A DNA stretch of 64,000 nucleotides from Nitrosopumilus sp. (GTDB lineage: Archaea > Thermoproteota > Nitrososphaeria > Nitrososphaerales > Nitrosopumilaceae): NCBI GenBank assembly GCA_965219345.1, contig OZ244732.1, forward strand, positions 1,440,001 to 1,504,000, read 5' to 3'. Shown one piece after another: positions 29,774-41,029 of this stretch. Made by a program: the position numbers and the translations under genes. Every line of letters begins with the position of its first letter. Position 1 is the stretch's first letter. The notes beneath the pieces were generated by a model, which ran no database searches, was not told the DNA's origin, and saw only the letters and a list, made by a program, of their open reading frames with translations.

Positions 29774-32332
29774 CTAACTCCAAAAGAATTCGTCTAAGCC
29801 TGTTTGTTTTGGCTTTCCCAAAATTGTATCAAAGTCCAAGTCCATAGATGAAGTTATCTGCTCTAGTGTTGATTCCAAAAACTCCATGTACTTTTTAGAA
29901 TCAATCTCTTCTTTTTTTGCCATCTCTGCTGGCTTTACTCCTGGTTTATTTAGAATTTTGATATATGAAATAATATCTCCTTTCTTAACTTCTCTAATTG
30001 TTTCTAACTGCTTTGCCGCTCTAATGTGTTGAGGAATTGTCTTTGTATATTCAGATACAGCTTTGTTAAGCATTATATTGAATGTTAGATCTTCTATTGG
30101 TATTTCTTTTGCTTCTACTTTTTTACCACAGATTGCAATCTTATCTGAGATTTCTGTTTTTGCATTATTGAAATCCTCCATTGTTTGAACTTTGGATAGC
30201 ACATCAAGCAAGTCATAAAACAATTTTTTGATAAATGGTGGGGTGTGTGACTTTTTCCCCGTAAGTCCTTTAACATCTACTTTTCCTTCCTTTGTTACGC
30301 CAAGATAGTTTTTCTTCCTATTGCTTAATACACAATACCTGTATGTTTTTTCAATCTCTAAATCTACTCCGTGGTCTTTCTTTGCCTGCACTATTACTTG
30401 TTGAATCTGTTCTTTAGTTGGTTTTTTGATAAATAACGAATCTGTATCTCCATACAGAACTTCAATTCCTGTTTCCTCACATTTTTTGATTGTCTCTAAA
30501 ATTGTATGTCTACCAATTGCAGTTGTTGCCTCTGCTGCTGGAAGAAAATATAATGGAAAAATCTCTGCGCCCATAACCCCATAACTTGCATTTAGAATCA
30601 CCTTGAGTGCTTGGCTTACTACTGTATATTGCTGTCTTTGTTCCTCAGTTAATGTCTCTTTTTTGGACAGACTCTTGTAGTAATTTACTCGCAAGTCCCT
30701 TAGTGAACCAATAATCATTGATGTTAGTCCATTTTTCTTTGAGCATGCCCAATGATTTGTTTGTGGAATTGTATTTTTCTTACATTCCTCATGAGAGCAT
30801 CTTACTGTTTCATATGATATGTTTCTAACTTTGATAATGCTTGGATACAGACTTGCAAAATCCATTACAACTACGTCAAAATGAATTCCTTCCTTGGGTT
30901 CAATGACAAGTCCTCCTCTGAATTTTTTATCTTTTATTACTGCGTCTGATAGAACTCCTTCAGATCTTCTTTCAAGCTCTTCTCTTTTTGGAATTAAACA
31001 ATTTCTTTTTCTGTGTTCATAATACAACAAACTTCTAATCCATTGTGATACCCCCATTCTTGCAATATCATCAATTGGCATTCTTCCAATCCTTGCAATA
31101 ATCACAAGCAAGTCCATTAACACATTATTATTGAAACTTGTAAGCTCGTATGTCAGAAGAGCATCATTATAACAATAATTTGCAGTTTGGTAGAGGGTTA
31201 ACTGATCAAATTCTAATCCATAATCAACCTTCTCTTTACCAAGCAAAGCCTTTGAAACACTATTTAGCGAAAAGTTTGTGTATTTTTGACTGAATGCATA
31301 GATTTGAAATGAACGATTTGAAAAAGTTCTATACAAATCAATATGAACTCCTTTTTTTAGCGTCGCAGAATTTCTCATCATATAAAGTGGGTTATTTACA
31401 TTTTTGATTCCAAGTCTCTCTGCTCTGTTGTAAAGATATGGCAAATCAAATTCATCTCCATTATATGTGACAACAAATGGAAACTCTTGGATAATATCAA
31501 ATGCATCTTGTATCATCTCTTTTTCTTTATCTAAATCATAGAGTGTAATCTTGATATTTTGACCTAATTCGTTTGTTCCTTCTTCTGTTCCCTCTGTTTT
31601 GAGCACAAAAATCTGGTCAAACTCATCAGAACCTTTGAGTCCAATTGCAGTTACTTTTTTCTCTGCAATTTTAGGATCTGGAATCCTTCCAACTTCTGCT
31701 TCTACTTCAATGTCAACACTAAGTCTTTTTATTTTTGGAATTGGTTGGTTTAGTAAATCGGCCCACTCAGAAACAAATTTCTTGAATTGTTCGGCATCAA
31801 CCATACTTTCGCTATCTACTTTATCCCACAACAAACTCTTCAATGCAAGTTTAACTTCATCAGAAATTTCTAAATCATGTTGTTTTATTTTTCCATCTTT
31901 AACTTCATAATATTTTCCAACGATTAATTTTCTGTCATAAAGATAGTTTTCATAATATTTGATGTCAGATTCCCAAGTTTCAATTATGTTTCTAATACTT
32001 TTGTCACCTACAGTTCCTCCAATTGCCAAAGGGTCTGCTACTGTAATTTTTGACATGTCTATTTCTTTATCTTTTATCAAATCATATCGTTGAACAGTTT
32101 TGATTTCAAGAACATCGTCTCTTTCTTGAAGAAAATCTAATTCCTCTGGTGCTAGTCTTGAATAGCAATAAGGCTTGTGACCTGTTTCGTCCCTCCACAA
32201 AAAGAGTTTCTGTGATTTTGGTTCATAGAATTTTAAAACAGCAGATTTTGAAATGTTTTCATATGTAGCTGATACCAACATCGATGGTGGCATTGATTCA
32301 ATTTTTTCAGTCTCTGTTGCATTTACTTGCAT
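29774..32332 (-). CDS. polB: family B DNA polymerase
   Basis: DIE, YNGDEFD, DFASLYPS, KVILNASYG, YGDTDS. Confidence 0.97.
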   Translation of the reverse strand: MQVNATETEKIESMPPSMLVSATYENISKSAVLKFYEPKSQKLFLWRDETGHKPYCYSRLAPEELDFLQERDDVLEIKTVQRYDLIKDKEIDMSKITVADPLAIGGTVGDKSIRNIIETWESDIKYYENYLYDRKLIVGKYYEVKDGKIKQHDLEISDEVKLALKSLLWDKVDSESMVDAEQFKKFVSEWADLLNQPIPKIKRLSVDIEVEAEVGRIPDPKIAEKKVTAIGLKGSDEFDQIFVLKTEGTEEGTNELGQNIKITLYDLDKEKEMIQDAFDIIQEFPFVVTYNGDEFDLPYLYNRAERLGIKNVNNPLYMMRNSATLKKGVHIDLYRTFSNRSFQIYAFSQKYTNFSLNSVSKALLGKEKVDYGLEFDQLTLYQTANYCYNDALLTYELTSFNNNVLMDLLVIIARIGRMPIDDIARMGVSQWIRSLLYYEHRKRNCLIPKREELERRSEGVLSDAVIKDKKFRGGLVIEPKEGIHFDVVVMDFASLYPSIIKVRNISYETVRCSHEECKKNTIPQTNHWACSKKNGLTSMIIGSLRDLRVNYYKSLSKKETLTEEQRQQYTVVSQALKVILNASYGVMGAEIFPLYFLPAAEATTAIGRHTILETIKKCEETGIEVLYGDTDSLFIKKPTKEQIQQVIVQAKKDHGVDLEIEKTYRYCVLSNRKKNYLGVTKEGKVDVKGLTGKKSHTPPFIKKLFYDLLDVLSKVQTMEDFNNAKTEISDKIAICGKKVEAKEIPIEDLTFNIMLNKAVSEYTKTIPQHIRAAKQLETIREVKKGDIISYIKILNKPGVKPAEMAKKEEIDSKKYMEFLESTLEQITSSMDLDFDTILGKPKQTGLDEFFWS

Positions 32333-32336
32333 TTTC

Positions 32337-32864
32337 TCACACAGAACTTTCGTACTTGCTGGCTAGTTCTTTTGCCCATTTTGCTATTTTGTTTTTATCT
32401 AGTTGAATCACTTCTACATTTGCCTCTTTTATCAAGTCAAAATCAGTTTCTGGATAAGAGTCAAGACAAACAAATTTTCTAATTCCGACTGTTATCGCCA
32501 TTTTAGTACATTCTAGGCATGGAACGAATGTTGTATACAGTATTACTCCATCTGATCCTGCCTCAATTCCTAAAATTGCGCAATGCATTATTGCATTTGC
32601 TTCTGCATGATTACAAAGACATCTGCCAAGTGACGCCCCTGATTCTATTTTTCCTTCCATTCTAAGTTGACACCGCTTACAACCCCCTTCAAAACAATTT
32701 TTGATTCCAGGAGGAGTCCCATTATATCCTGTTGCTAACTGTCTATGATTTCTAACAATTACCGCACCAACTTGTCTTGTCATGCAGTTTGATCGCAGCT
32801 TTGCCAACTCTGCTTGCAGCATAAAGTATTCGTCCCAATTTGGTCTATCAAAAGAACTATTCAC
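32337..32864 (-). CDS. dCMP deaminase
   Basis: TGYNG, HAEANA, PCLEC. Confidence 0.93.
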   Translation of the reverse strand: MNSSFDRPNWDEYFMLQAELAKLRSNCMTRQVGAVIVRNHRQLATGYNGTPPGIKNCFEGGCKRCQLRMEGKIESGASLGRCLCNHAEANAIMHCAILGIEAGSDGVILYTTFVPCLECTKMAITVGIRKFVCLDSYPETDFDLIKEANVEVIQLDKNKIAKWAKELASKYESSV

Positions 32865-33004
32865 ATAAATCCTGTTTGTCTGCTCAATATATGGTTCGCG
32901 TTAGTTGGATTTTTGTTATTTCATGGATGTTGATAATTGAGTAATGGATAGCATTTTGCTATACAAAAGCATAAAATCAATAAATTCTGATTTTTCTTTG
33001 TAGA

Positions 33005-34513
33005 ATGACTCAATACATTGAAAAAAAATATGTTCAAAAAAACTCTATAGAAAAACGAGATTATCAGGTAAATCTTGCAAATCAGGCAATTGATGAAAAT
33101 TGTATTGTGGTCTTACCTACTGGTCTTGGAAAGACTGCTATCGCACTAAATGTAATTGCAGAATATCTGTCAAAAGGAACAGGCGAAGCATTGTTTTTGG
33201 CTCCAACCAGAGTTTTGGTAAATCAACATTATGAATTCCTTAAAGCGAATCTCACTTTAGATGATATTTCATTAATTACAGGTGAAGATCCTATTCAAAA
33301 ACGAACTAAACTTTGGAGTAATAGTGTAATTTGTGCAACTCCTGAAATTACCAAAAATGATTTGGATAGACAAATTGTATCTCCAGAACAATTCAATCTT
33401 GTAGTCTTTGATGAAGTGCATAGAACTGTTGGTGATTATGCTTATTCGGGAATTGCAGAACGATTTGAGAATTATTCTGCTAGACTCATTGGAATGACTG
33501 CAACTCTTCCAAGTGAAAAAGAAAAAGCAACTGAGATTCTAACAAGGCTTAGAATTTCGAGTATAGCCGAAAGAACAGAAGATAGCCCTGACGTAAAACC
33601 CTACATCCAAGAAACCAATACTGAATGGATTAACGTAGAACTTCCACCGGAATTAAAATCGATTCAGACATTATTGAAGTTAGCATTAGATAAAAGATAT
33701 GATTTACTAAGAAAAAATGGCATTCGTCTGGCCGAACAAAAATCTCTTTCTGCCCTGCTTAGAATCAGGATGTTCGTATTAAATCGGAATAGACGTTCTG
33801 CAAAACCTCTCTTCACAGCTATTAGAATTCATTATGCATTAAACATACTTGAAGCTCACGGAATTACTCCATTTCTAAAATTTTGTGAACGTGCACGGAA
33901 AAAAAAGGGTGCAGGAGTCAAAGAACTTTTTGAGATTGATCCTAATTTTACCAGGGCAGTACATCTTGCCAAAGAAGCTCAATCACGAGGAATTGAACAT
34001 TCAAAGATTCCCAAACTAAAAGAAATTCTTGAATCTGTTCCCGGTAAAGCTTTGATTTTTACGAGTTATCGAGACTCTGTTGACTTAATTTTCAATAAAC
34101 TAACAGAGATGGGTGTTTCTACAGGAATTCTAATTGGCAAAGCTGGCGAAACTGGACTAAAACAAAAAGAGCAGATTGAAGCTGTGCAAAAATTTAGGGA
34201 TGGTGTTTTTCAAGTACTAGTTGCGACACGTGTTGGCGAAGAAGGATTAGATATTGCTGAAGTAAACCAAGTAATTTTTTATGACAATGTACCAAGCTCC
34301 ATTCGATTTATACAAAGAAGGGGAAGAACTGGACGAAAAGACACTGGTAAATTGGTCGTACTTATTGCCAAAAATACTATTGATGAGAGATACTATTGGA
34401 TAGGAAAAAGAAAGATGTCATCTGCTAAATCAATGGGTGAAAATATGGCCAAAGTTTTGGAGAAAAATCAAGGAATTGAATCCGAAAAAACAGGACTAGA
34501 TGCTTTTCTTTAA
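33005..34513 (+). CDS. Hef/ERCC4-like DEAH helicase (no nuclease domain)
   Basis: LPTGLGKT, DEVH, TAT, QRRGRTGR. Confidence 0.92.
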   Translation: MTQYIEKKYVQKNSIEKRDYQVNLANQAIDENCIVVLPTGLGKTAIALNVIAEYLSKGTGEALFLAPTRVLVNQHYEFLKANLTLDDISLITGEDPIQKRTKLWSNSVICATPEITKNDLDRQIVSPEQFNLVVFDEVHRTVGDYAYSGIAERFENYSARLIGMTATLPSEKEKATEILTRLRISSIAERTEDSPDVKPYIQETNTEWINVELPPELKSIQTLLKLALDKRYDLLRKNGIRLAEQKSLSALLRIRMFVLNRNRRSAKPLFTAIRIHYALNILEAHGITPFLKFCERARKKKGAGVKELFEIDPNFTRAVHLAKEAQSRGIEHSKIPKLKEILESVPGKALIFTSYRDSVDLIFNKLTEMGVSTGILIGKAGETGLKQKEQIEAVQKFRDGVFQVLVATRVGEEGLDIAEVNQVIFYDNVPSSIRFIQRRGRTGRKDTGKLVVLIAKNTIDERYYWIGKRKMSSAKSMGENMAKVLEKNQGIESEKTGLDAFL

Positions 34514-34520
34514 AATAAAA

Positions 34521-34799
34521 TTATCCTAATCTTTTGATGATGTGATACCCAAATTCTGATTTAACTGGTTCTGAAACTTCGCCAACTCCTAGCTTAAATG
34601 CAACTTCTTCAAATGGCTTTACCATCATGCCTTTTGTAAAATAGCCTAAATTCCCATCTTTTTTTGCACTACCTGAATCAATTGACAACTCTTTTGCCAA
34701 TTTTCCAAATTTTTCACCTTTTTGGAGCCTCTCTATAATGACAAGTGATTCACTTTGTTTTGTAACAAGAATATGAGAGCATTTAATCTTGACAGGCAA
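34521..34799 (-). CDS. parvulin-type peptidyl-prolyl isomerase
   Basis: CSHILV, GNLG, MVKPFE, FGYHII. Confidence 0.93.
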   Translation of the reverse strand: MPVKIKCSHILVTKQSESLVIIERLQKGEKFGKLAKELSIDSGSAKKDGNLGYFTKGMMVKPFEEVAFKLGVGEVSEPVKSEFGYHIIKRLG

Positions 34800-34845
34800 T
34801 ATAGTTTAAGATTTTTTTCTGTTTCTTAATTGTTTTCTTTGAATT

Positions 34846-35127
34846 TTATTCACTGAATATCCGTTCTCTAATCTCTGGTATGTGTTTGTATATGATGTCT
34901 CTGACTTTGATTTGGTCTTCTGCAGTTGGCATTTCTTTTTGTGCACTAAGAATTGCACCGCTCATACCAAGTGCCATTCCTATAACAATCCCAAATACAA
35001 ATTCTTTAGGATTCTCCACTTTGAATGTCTCTTTGCTTTCTTTAATTTCTTCTAGATAAGATGGAATTGTTGCTACATCTCCATTGATAGTTTGAATTAT
35101 TATCTCCTCTAATTGTCCTTCACCCAT
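34846..35127 (-). CDS. hypothetical protein
   Basis: Likely start MGEGQLEE; core-like composition. Confidence 0.7.
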   Translation of the reverse strand: MGEGQLEEIIIQTINGDVATIPSYLEEIKESKETFKVENPKEFVFGIVIGMALGMSGAILSAQKEMPTAEDQIKVRDIIYKHIPEIRERIFSE

Positions 35128-35199
35128 GTGCGCCTTTCTGAGATAATTCTTAATAAATTTGTGCCTAAGATTTTTAATCAAGACTTTATGAGTAGATAC

Positions 35200-35598
35200 A
35201 TGTTCATGTTCTTCACAGCAAATGAGGCAAATGAGGCATTACCTGATGTGATAAAAAAATTCGTGTATTCTCTGGCTAAAAAAAATGAAGTAACAAAACT
35301 AGAACAACAATTACAAATGAGTCTATCTACTAATTCTTTTGAAGAATATGTAACTTTAAAACAAAAACTAAATTCTGCAATAACTGAATTCTATAAATCA
35401 GTTGAAATCTTAGAAAATACTGGAGTAGTAGTTAAAAGCATTGAGCAAGGCTTGCTTGATTTTCCTTCAAAGAGATTCAATGAGGAAGTTTGGCTATGCT
35501 GGAAATATGGGGAGACTGAAATAAAGTTCTGGCATGAAAAAGATTCTGGTTTTATGGGCCGAAAGCCCATAGAAGTAAGTGATGAATCATTAGTTTAA
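35200..35598 (+). CDS. DUF2203 family protein
   Basis: FTANEANEALP, GLLDFP, LCWKYGE, WH...GFMGR. Confidence 0.88.
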   Translation: MFMFFTANEANEALPDVIKKFVYSLAKKNEVTKLEQQLQMSLSTNSFEEYVTLKQKLNSAITEFYKSVEILENTGVVVKSIEQGLLDFPSKRFNEEVWLCWKYGETEIKFWHEKDSGFMGRKPIEVSDESLV

Positions 35599-35823
35599 TT
35601 TTTCAACAAAGTTTTTGACATCCAGAGTCTTGAGTGGTTTTGAAGAATCCCATAGAAATGAGCATAAAGTGAAGACATTGTCTATCATTTCTATCGAGTT
35701 TGTGCATATTGAAAAATCTGAATTAGGCCCTAAATGCTGAAAAGATATAGCAGAGTCAGACATTATCATTTTTTTATCTTTTTGCATAACTATCCTTCCT
35801 TTTGATGGAAGTTTACCAATGAT

Positions 35824-36072
35824 ATGGGTAGTTATTATTGGGTTCGGAATCAATATTATATCCAAGATCAATCAGATGTGCATAGTTTGGACCTTCAAAG
35901 ATTCTACAATATATCATGTTATACATATGGATTTGATAAAGACTACAATCAAGATCTCATAATAGATGGATGGTTACCTCTCAATAGATCTTCCAGCTGT
36001 GAATATGAATTTGATCGTCTTCTTTATGGTTTTTCAAATATTTTTGAGAATTATCTAATAACTGATATGTAA
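35824..36072 (+). pseudogene. DUF4344-like metallopeptidase C-terminal fragment
   Basis: DVHSLDLQRFYNISCYTYG. Confidence 0.55.
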
Positions 36073-36129
36073 TCTATCGACACTTTCCAAGTAGAATTAT
36101 CTACTGCAAACTTACCAGTTCCTTAATGG

Positions 36130-36613
36130 AACTTCATTAATAATCAATACCGCTTCATCTCAAGCTCAATTACAAATCTTTACTGGTGGTTTATCTGATG
36201 AGATTCGAGCAGATGAACCCATTGAATTTAAATTATTTGTAGATGATGAAAATGCAGAATCCGTATCAGGCGCATCTCTTAAAATAATTCCTAATGATGA
36301 TGTATTGATAACTCCAGATATTATTCAAACAAGTTCTGATGGTCGCGCAACTATTAGTTTAACTGCATTTGAGGGACCACTGGTTTCTTTTGATATTATT
36401 GCAACTGCTGAAGGATATGCAGAAGGTAAGGGTGCATTTACTGTAAATGTTGATGCTCCAGAAAGAATATTTGGTGCTATTAATTTAGAATTGCCTGAAT
36501 GGATAATCTATATTGTAATTGGTGTAATTTTGATGGTCGGAGTTGTGATACTTGTGTTCTTAAGGAAATCAAAAGCTGATTTAGAAGAAGAATAGGAAGA
36601 GGAAGAGATTTAA
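36130..36613 (+). pseudogene. C-terminal remnant of a membrane-anchored surface protein
   Basis: Ig-like segment, transmembrane helix, acidic tail with internal stop (EEE*EEEEI). Confidence 0.55.
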
Positions 36614-36617
36614 TTTT

Positions 36618-36827
36618 CTATTTTTTATCTACTCTTTTCTTGTCTCTACAAATCCCACAAAGATAATTTCTCTTAAATCTCTCTAATTCTGTTTTGAATT
36701 CTTCCGTTTGAGAATATTTTTCTCCCGCCTTCAACCCTCCTGGTACTTTTTTACCGCAACAAGTACAATTAATTTCGACATTAAATTTTACCTTCTTTTC
36801 GTTTTCTAAAATTTTGCCAATTATCAT
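36618..36827 (-). CDS. small zinc-binding protein
   Basis: CTCC...CGIC. Confidence 0.7.
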   Translation of the reverse strand: MIIGKILENEKKVKFNVEINCTCCGKKVPGGLKAGEKYSQTEEFKTELERFKRNYLCGICRDKKRVDKK

Positions 36828-36898
36828 AGGTACGTTTCATTTAGTTCTGATATAAACAATGGCCTGAAGCCAAAACTCATGAATATTATACTAAAAAA

Positions 36899-37798
36899 TT
36901 GATACTCTTTTTGATGCTCTCAGTTTGGTTTCGGGTGATTCGAGTAAGATTTCTTCTTGCGTCTGTAATTGCAGTTTCTGTTGGTTTGGCACTTAATTGG
37001 CAGCAAAATTTCTCAATAGATCCACTTGATGCAATTTTGATATTTGCTGGAGTGATGGCACTTCATGCAAGTGTAGATCTACTAAATGATTTCTGGGATT
37101 TCAAAAGAGGAATTGACACAAAAACTATTCGAACTAAGATGAGTGGCGGAACTGGTGTATTGCCAGAAGGATTACTCAAACCGTCTTCTGTGTATCGTGC
37201 AGGAATTGGATTCTTAATAATCGGCTCACTAATTGGAATCTATTTTGTAGTCACAGATGGTATTATTGTTGGAATAATTCTGGGATTTGCAATTTTATCT
37301 ATCTATTTTTATTCAACAAAAATTGTTGACTCTGGTTTAGGTGAATTTTTTGTTGCGGTAAAAGGTTCCATGATTGTAGTAGGTGCTTATTTTATTCAAT
37401 CGGGAGAAATCACTATGGAATCAATTCTTGCCGGAATTGTTGTTGGAGTTTTATCTTCACTGGTACTTTTTATTGCTTCATTTCCTGATCATGATGCTGA
37501 CAAGTCAAAAGGTCGAAAATCTTTGGTTATTTCAGTTGGAAAAGAAAAAGCTACAAAACTTTTTTGGATTTTCCCACTGGTGTCGTATTTTGCAATAATA
37601 ATTGGTGTGTCTGCAAACTTATTTCCTCTGTTGTCTTTGATTACTCTTCTCAGCATTCCATTGATGATAAGATCTGGATTAGGGTTAAGGAAAAATTTTG
37701 ACTCCATTGAGAATTTAGTTCCATTCATGTCTTCAACTTTGATGTTCAGTAGAGTTACTGGAGCTTTATTTGTTGTTAGTTTTTTGATTGTACTGTAA
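36899..37798 (+). CDS. UbiA/MenA-family prenyltransferase
   Basis: NDFWDFKRGID, PDHDADKSKGR; multiple transmembrane helices. Confidence 0.92.
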   Translation: MILFLMLSVWFRVIRVRFLLASVIAVSVGLALNWQQNFSIDPLDAILIFAGVMALHASVDLLNDFWDFKRGIDTKTIRTKMSGGTGVLPEGLLKPSSVYRAGIGFLIIGSLIGIYFVVTDGIIVGIILGFAILSIYFYSTKIVDSGLGEFFVAVKGSMIVVGAYFIQSGEITMESILAGIVVGVLSSLVLFIASFPDHDADKSKGRKSLVISVGKEKATKLFWIFPLVSYFAIIIGVSANLFPLLSLITLLSIPLMIRSGLGLRKNFDSIENLVPFMSSTLMFSRVTGALFVVSFLIVL

Positions 37799-37824
37799 GA
37801 CTTTAAACATAAATTTAGCAATTT

Positions 37825-38937
37825 ATGAGAATTTGTATGATTTCTGGCTTTGCAACTTCTGAAGGAACCAAAAAATTTGCTCAAAACTCAGGTGTAAATC
37901 AAGCCAATTTCAAAGAATTTGAAAAACTTACTCTCTCCAATGTGGGAATTGGGACCTATCTTGGTGATCCGGATACTAAAACCGATGAATTAGTAACAAA
38001 TGCTGTAAAACAATCCATTCTTTCTGGAATCAATGTTATAGACACTGCAATAAATTATAGATCTCAAAAAGCAGAACGTTCTGTTGGAAAAGCCATTTCA
38101 GAATTAGTTCAAGAAGAAAAAATTTCACGTGATCAATTATTTCTTAGTACTAAAAACGGATATGTAACAAATGATGCCGATGTTCAGTTAGGTTTTTGGG
38201 AATACGTCAAAGAAGAATATTCTCAAAAAGGCATCATCAAAGAAGGTGATGTTACCTCTGGGTATCATTGCATGACTCCTACTTACCTTTCTGATCAACT
38301 AGATCGTAGTTTGAAAAACTTGGGGTTAGATTGTGTTGATTTGATGTATCTTCATAATGCAGTAGAAGGACAAATCAAAGACGTTTCCAAGGAACAGTTC
38401 TTAACGAATCTGAAATCTGTTTTTGAATTATATGAACAAAAACGTGATGAAGGAAAAATTAAATTTTATGGAATGGCAACTTGGGAATGTTTTAGAGTTC
38501 CAAATGACAATCCTCAATATTTATCCCTTGAGGACACAGTTAACATGGCCAAAAAAATTGGAGGAGACGATCATGGGTTCAGATTTATTCAATTACCCTT
38601 TAACATGAATTATGATCAAGCACTGCTTGGAAAAACACAATTACTTGCAAACAAAAATGTTTCTGTATTGGAAACAGCTGTAACATTAGGAATCGGTGTG
38701 TTTACTAGCGTTCCATTTATGCAAGGACGTTTGTTAGCACCGGGTGTAATGCCTGAATTCAATGAATTAAAACCTTCTTTGCGTGCTTTGCAGTTTATCC
38801 GTTCATCTCCCGGAGTGTTATCGCCTTTGGTTGGACAGAAGTCTTCTGAACACGTCACTGAAAATCTGGAGATCATGAAAATTCCTCCTATACCTGAAGA
38901 TGAATTTCTAGCACTAGTCAAGAAACTAACTTCTTGA
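37825..38937 (+). CDS. aldo/keto reductase
   Basis: IDTAINY, STKNG, DLMYLHN, IQLPFN. Confidence 0.92.
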   Translation: MRICMISGFATSEGTKKFAQNSGVNQANFKEFEKLTLSNVGIGTYLGDPDTKTDELVTNAVKQSILSGINVIDTAINYRSQKAERSVGKAISELVQEEKISRDQLFLSTKNGYVTNDADVQLGFWEYVKEEYSQKGIIKEGDVTSGYHCMTPTYLSDQLDRSLKNLGLDCVDLMYLHNAVEGQIKDVSKEQFLTNLKSVFELYEQKRDEGKIKFYGMATWECFRVPNDNPQYLSLEDTVNMAKKIGGDDHGFRFIQLPFNMNYDQALLGKTQLLANKNVSVLETAVTLGIGVFTSVPFMQGRLLAPGVMPEFNELKPSLRALQFIRSSPGVLSPLVGQKSSEHVTENLEIMKIPPIPEDEFLALVKKLTS

Positions 38938-39004
38938 AGATTTTATTCTCAAATTAAAAACTTTGTAGAACGATTAAATGAGAGATTCATAGGATGGGAA
39001 TTAA

Positions 39005-39370
39005 ATGCCTAGTAAAATTTACGATTATACCAAAGTCTGTGATTCTGTTTTAGCAATTGATTCTAAAATTAGATTTGCAGGTGTAATTAATGAGCGTGGT
39101 AGATTAGTCGCAGGTGGTATGAGAGCAAATGTTGAACCATTGGAAAGTGAAAAAGATGACGAAATGATTTTCATGGAACTTGCATTACGTGTTAAAATGA
39201 GACAAGAATTTGACAAACAACTTGGTTGTGTAAATTTTGCTATGGCCTCACGCGAACGTGTGCTTGCAATCAGTGTGCCTCTAGGTGAGGATGTTTTGTA
39301 TATCGTATCTGAACCTGATACTGATTATAGCGTTATTCCAAAAAAAATTCTTGAAATAATCAATCCTTAG
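39005..39370 (+). CDS. thaumarchaeal roadblock-like (DUF6659-type) protein
   Basis: IRFAGVINERGRLVAGG motif. Confidence 0.75.
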   Translation: MPSKIYDYTKVCDSVLAIDSKIRFAGVINERGRLVAGGMRANVEPLESEKDDEMIFMELALRVKMRQEFDKQLGCVNFAMASRERVLAISVPLGEDVLYIVSEPDTDYSVIPKKILEIINP

Positions 39371-39414
39371 ACTTTATTCTTAATCTATAAATAGAATTCA
39401 CATATGAAAAATTT

Positions 39415-39561
39415 GTGCCAGTTGATCCAGTTTGTGGAATTGAGCTTGATGAAGATATAGCATTACTTCATGAACATGGTGGGAAAAAATTCTATTTCTG
39501 CTGTAACGGATGTAGGAAAATTTTTGTCAAAAAACCTCGTAAATACAAAAATAATGTTTAG
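39415..39561 (+). CDS. YHS-domain protein (48 aa, not in ORF track)
   Basis: PVDPVCG...KFYFCCNGC. Confidence 0.85.
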   Translation: MPVDPVCGIELDEDIALLHEHGGKKFYFCCNGCRKIFVKKPRKYKNNV

Positions 39562-40514
39562 ATGGGAAAGGCTCCACACATTCTACAAAATTTTGAATTT
39601 TCGACTTTATGTTTACAATACGGGCAAGTATTCTCCGCTTTACTATCAACAGGAGAACCAAATAATTTCTTAAAAATTTCATAATAATGCATGGATTCTC
39701 TGCTTCTGATGATCACTTCATCCTCTTTCTCAGTGATTAGTTTTTTTTCAACAAATACTTCTTCGTTAATTATCGAATTAAACAAATTTGTCAGTCCGGC
39801 GGTTCCTGCACCCTCTTCCATCGGTGATTTTTCTCTCCATGCAACTTGGTGTGGAATATATTTTTCAAATGTCTTTCGTAGAATCCATTTACCTTGTCTT
39901 TTCTCCTTTTCATCTCTAACTTTCAGATTTGCTGGAATTTTTTCAGCCAGTTTTAGAACTGATTTATTTAGAAAAGGTGATTCAATGCTTATTCCCAACG
40001 CTTTACCAATTTTTTGTGTTGGGAAATGCATTATTGAGCAAATTCTCTTGATCTCTTCTTCTAATTCCTCTTTTGGCTTGTTTATTAGAAAATTATATCC
40101 TGCAAATAACTCGTCTGCCCCATCCCCTGTGATGATTGATTTTTCACCATTATCCTTTGCCCATTTTATTGCCAAATACATCACAACATTATTACGAATT
40201 TCAATATCGTTGAAATTCCTTAAAATCTTAATCGTATCCTCTATTGCTTCAAGAATTATAGCAGTTTTGACGTTGTAAATTGATAAAGGTAATTGCATTT
40301 CTTTTGAAACCATTTGACAATAAGTTAGATCTGTTGAAACAAAATCTTCAGTAATAATTGCAACGGTATTTGGTTTTCTTTGTTTTAGAAAATATGCAAT
40401 GATAGAACTATCTAACCCTCCAGATAATGAAATCAAATTTGATTCACAAGAATTGCAGGATTCTTCTAAAATTTTGTAAAGGTTTTTGGAAGCTTTATCC
40501 AATGAGAAATACAT
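39558..40514 (-). CDS. asparagine synthase C-terminal-domain protein
   Basis: LSGGLDSS, TGDGADELFAGY; start uncertain. Confidence 0.88.
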   Translation of the reverse strand: MYFSLDKASKNLYKILEESCNSCESNLISLSGGLDSSIIAYFLKQRKPNTVAIITEDFVSTDLTYCQMVSKEMQLPLSIYNVKTAIILEAIEDTIKILRNFNDIEIRNNVVMYLAIKWAKDNGEKSIITGDGADELFAGYNFLINKPKEELEEEIKRICSIMHFPTQKIGKALGISIESPFLNKSVLKLAEKIPANLKVRDEKEKRQGKWILRKTFEKYIPHQVAWREKSPMEEGAGTAGLTNLFNSIINEEVFVEKKLITEKEDEVIIRSRESMHYYEIFKKLFGSPVDSKAENTCPYCKHKVENSKFCRMCGAFPI

Positions 40515-40612
40515 GTGCTGGAAATTAAAATAGCTATGCCTAATGATCTTCCTTTGAATAATTATGCCTTTTATTGCAAACTTTAAATCCTTTATAGAAT
40601 TCTTGAGAATTA

Positions 40613-41029
40613 ATGCTATTACCTGCTGAAATCGAATCAAAAACTCTAATCCCTGCATTGAGAGCAATTCTTGCAAAAAAACTTGCAGAGGATCATAACA
40701 TTAGAGAAGACGAAATTTCTAAAATGCTTGGAGTTACTCAAGCTGCAGTTAGCAATTATATTCGTGGAACAAGAGGTGATCCCTCTTTGATTGCAAAACT
40801 TTTAGCAGAAAAACAAGTTGCAATTATGATAGATGAATTAAGTGATAGCCTTTCATCAGACATGGCATACACTCCATCTAATCTTTCAAAATTCATTGGG
40901 CTTTGTAATTATATCAAATCTAGCTTGTTGATATGTGAGATACATCACAATCTAGAATCAAACATAGATGAACAAGTATGCAAAGAATGTGAAAATATGC
41001 TTCTTAAAGGTCCTGGTAGTATTTACTAG
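40613..41029 (+). CDS. HTH transcriptional regulator
   Basis: LGVTQAAVSNYIRGTRG. Confidence 0.88.
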   Translation: MLLPAEIESKTLIPALRAILAKKLAEDHNIREDEISKMLGVTQAAVSNYIRGTRGDPSLIAKLLAEKQVAIMIDELSDSLSSDMAYTPSNLSKFIGLCNYIKSSLLICEIHHNLESNIDEQVCKECENMLLKGPGSIY

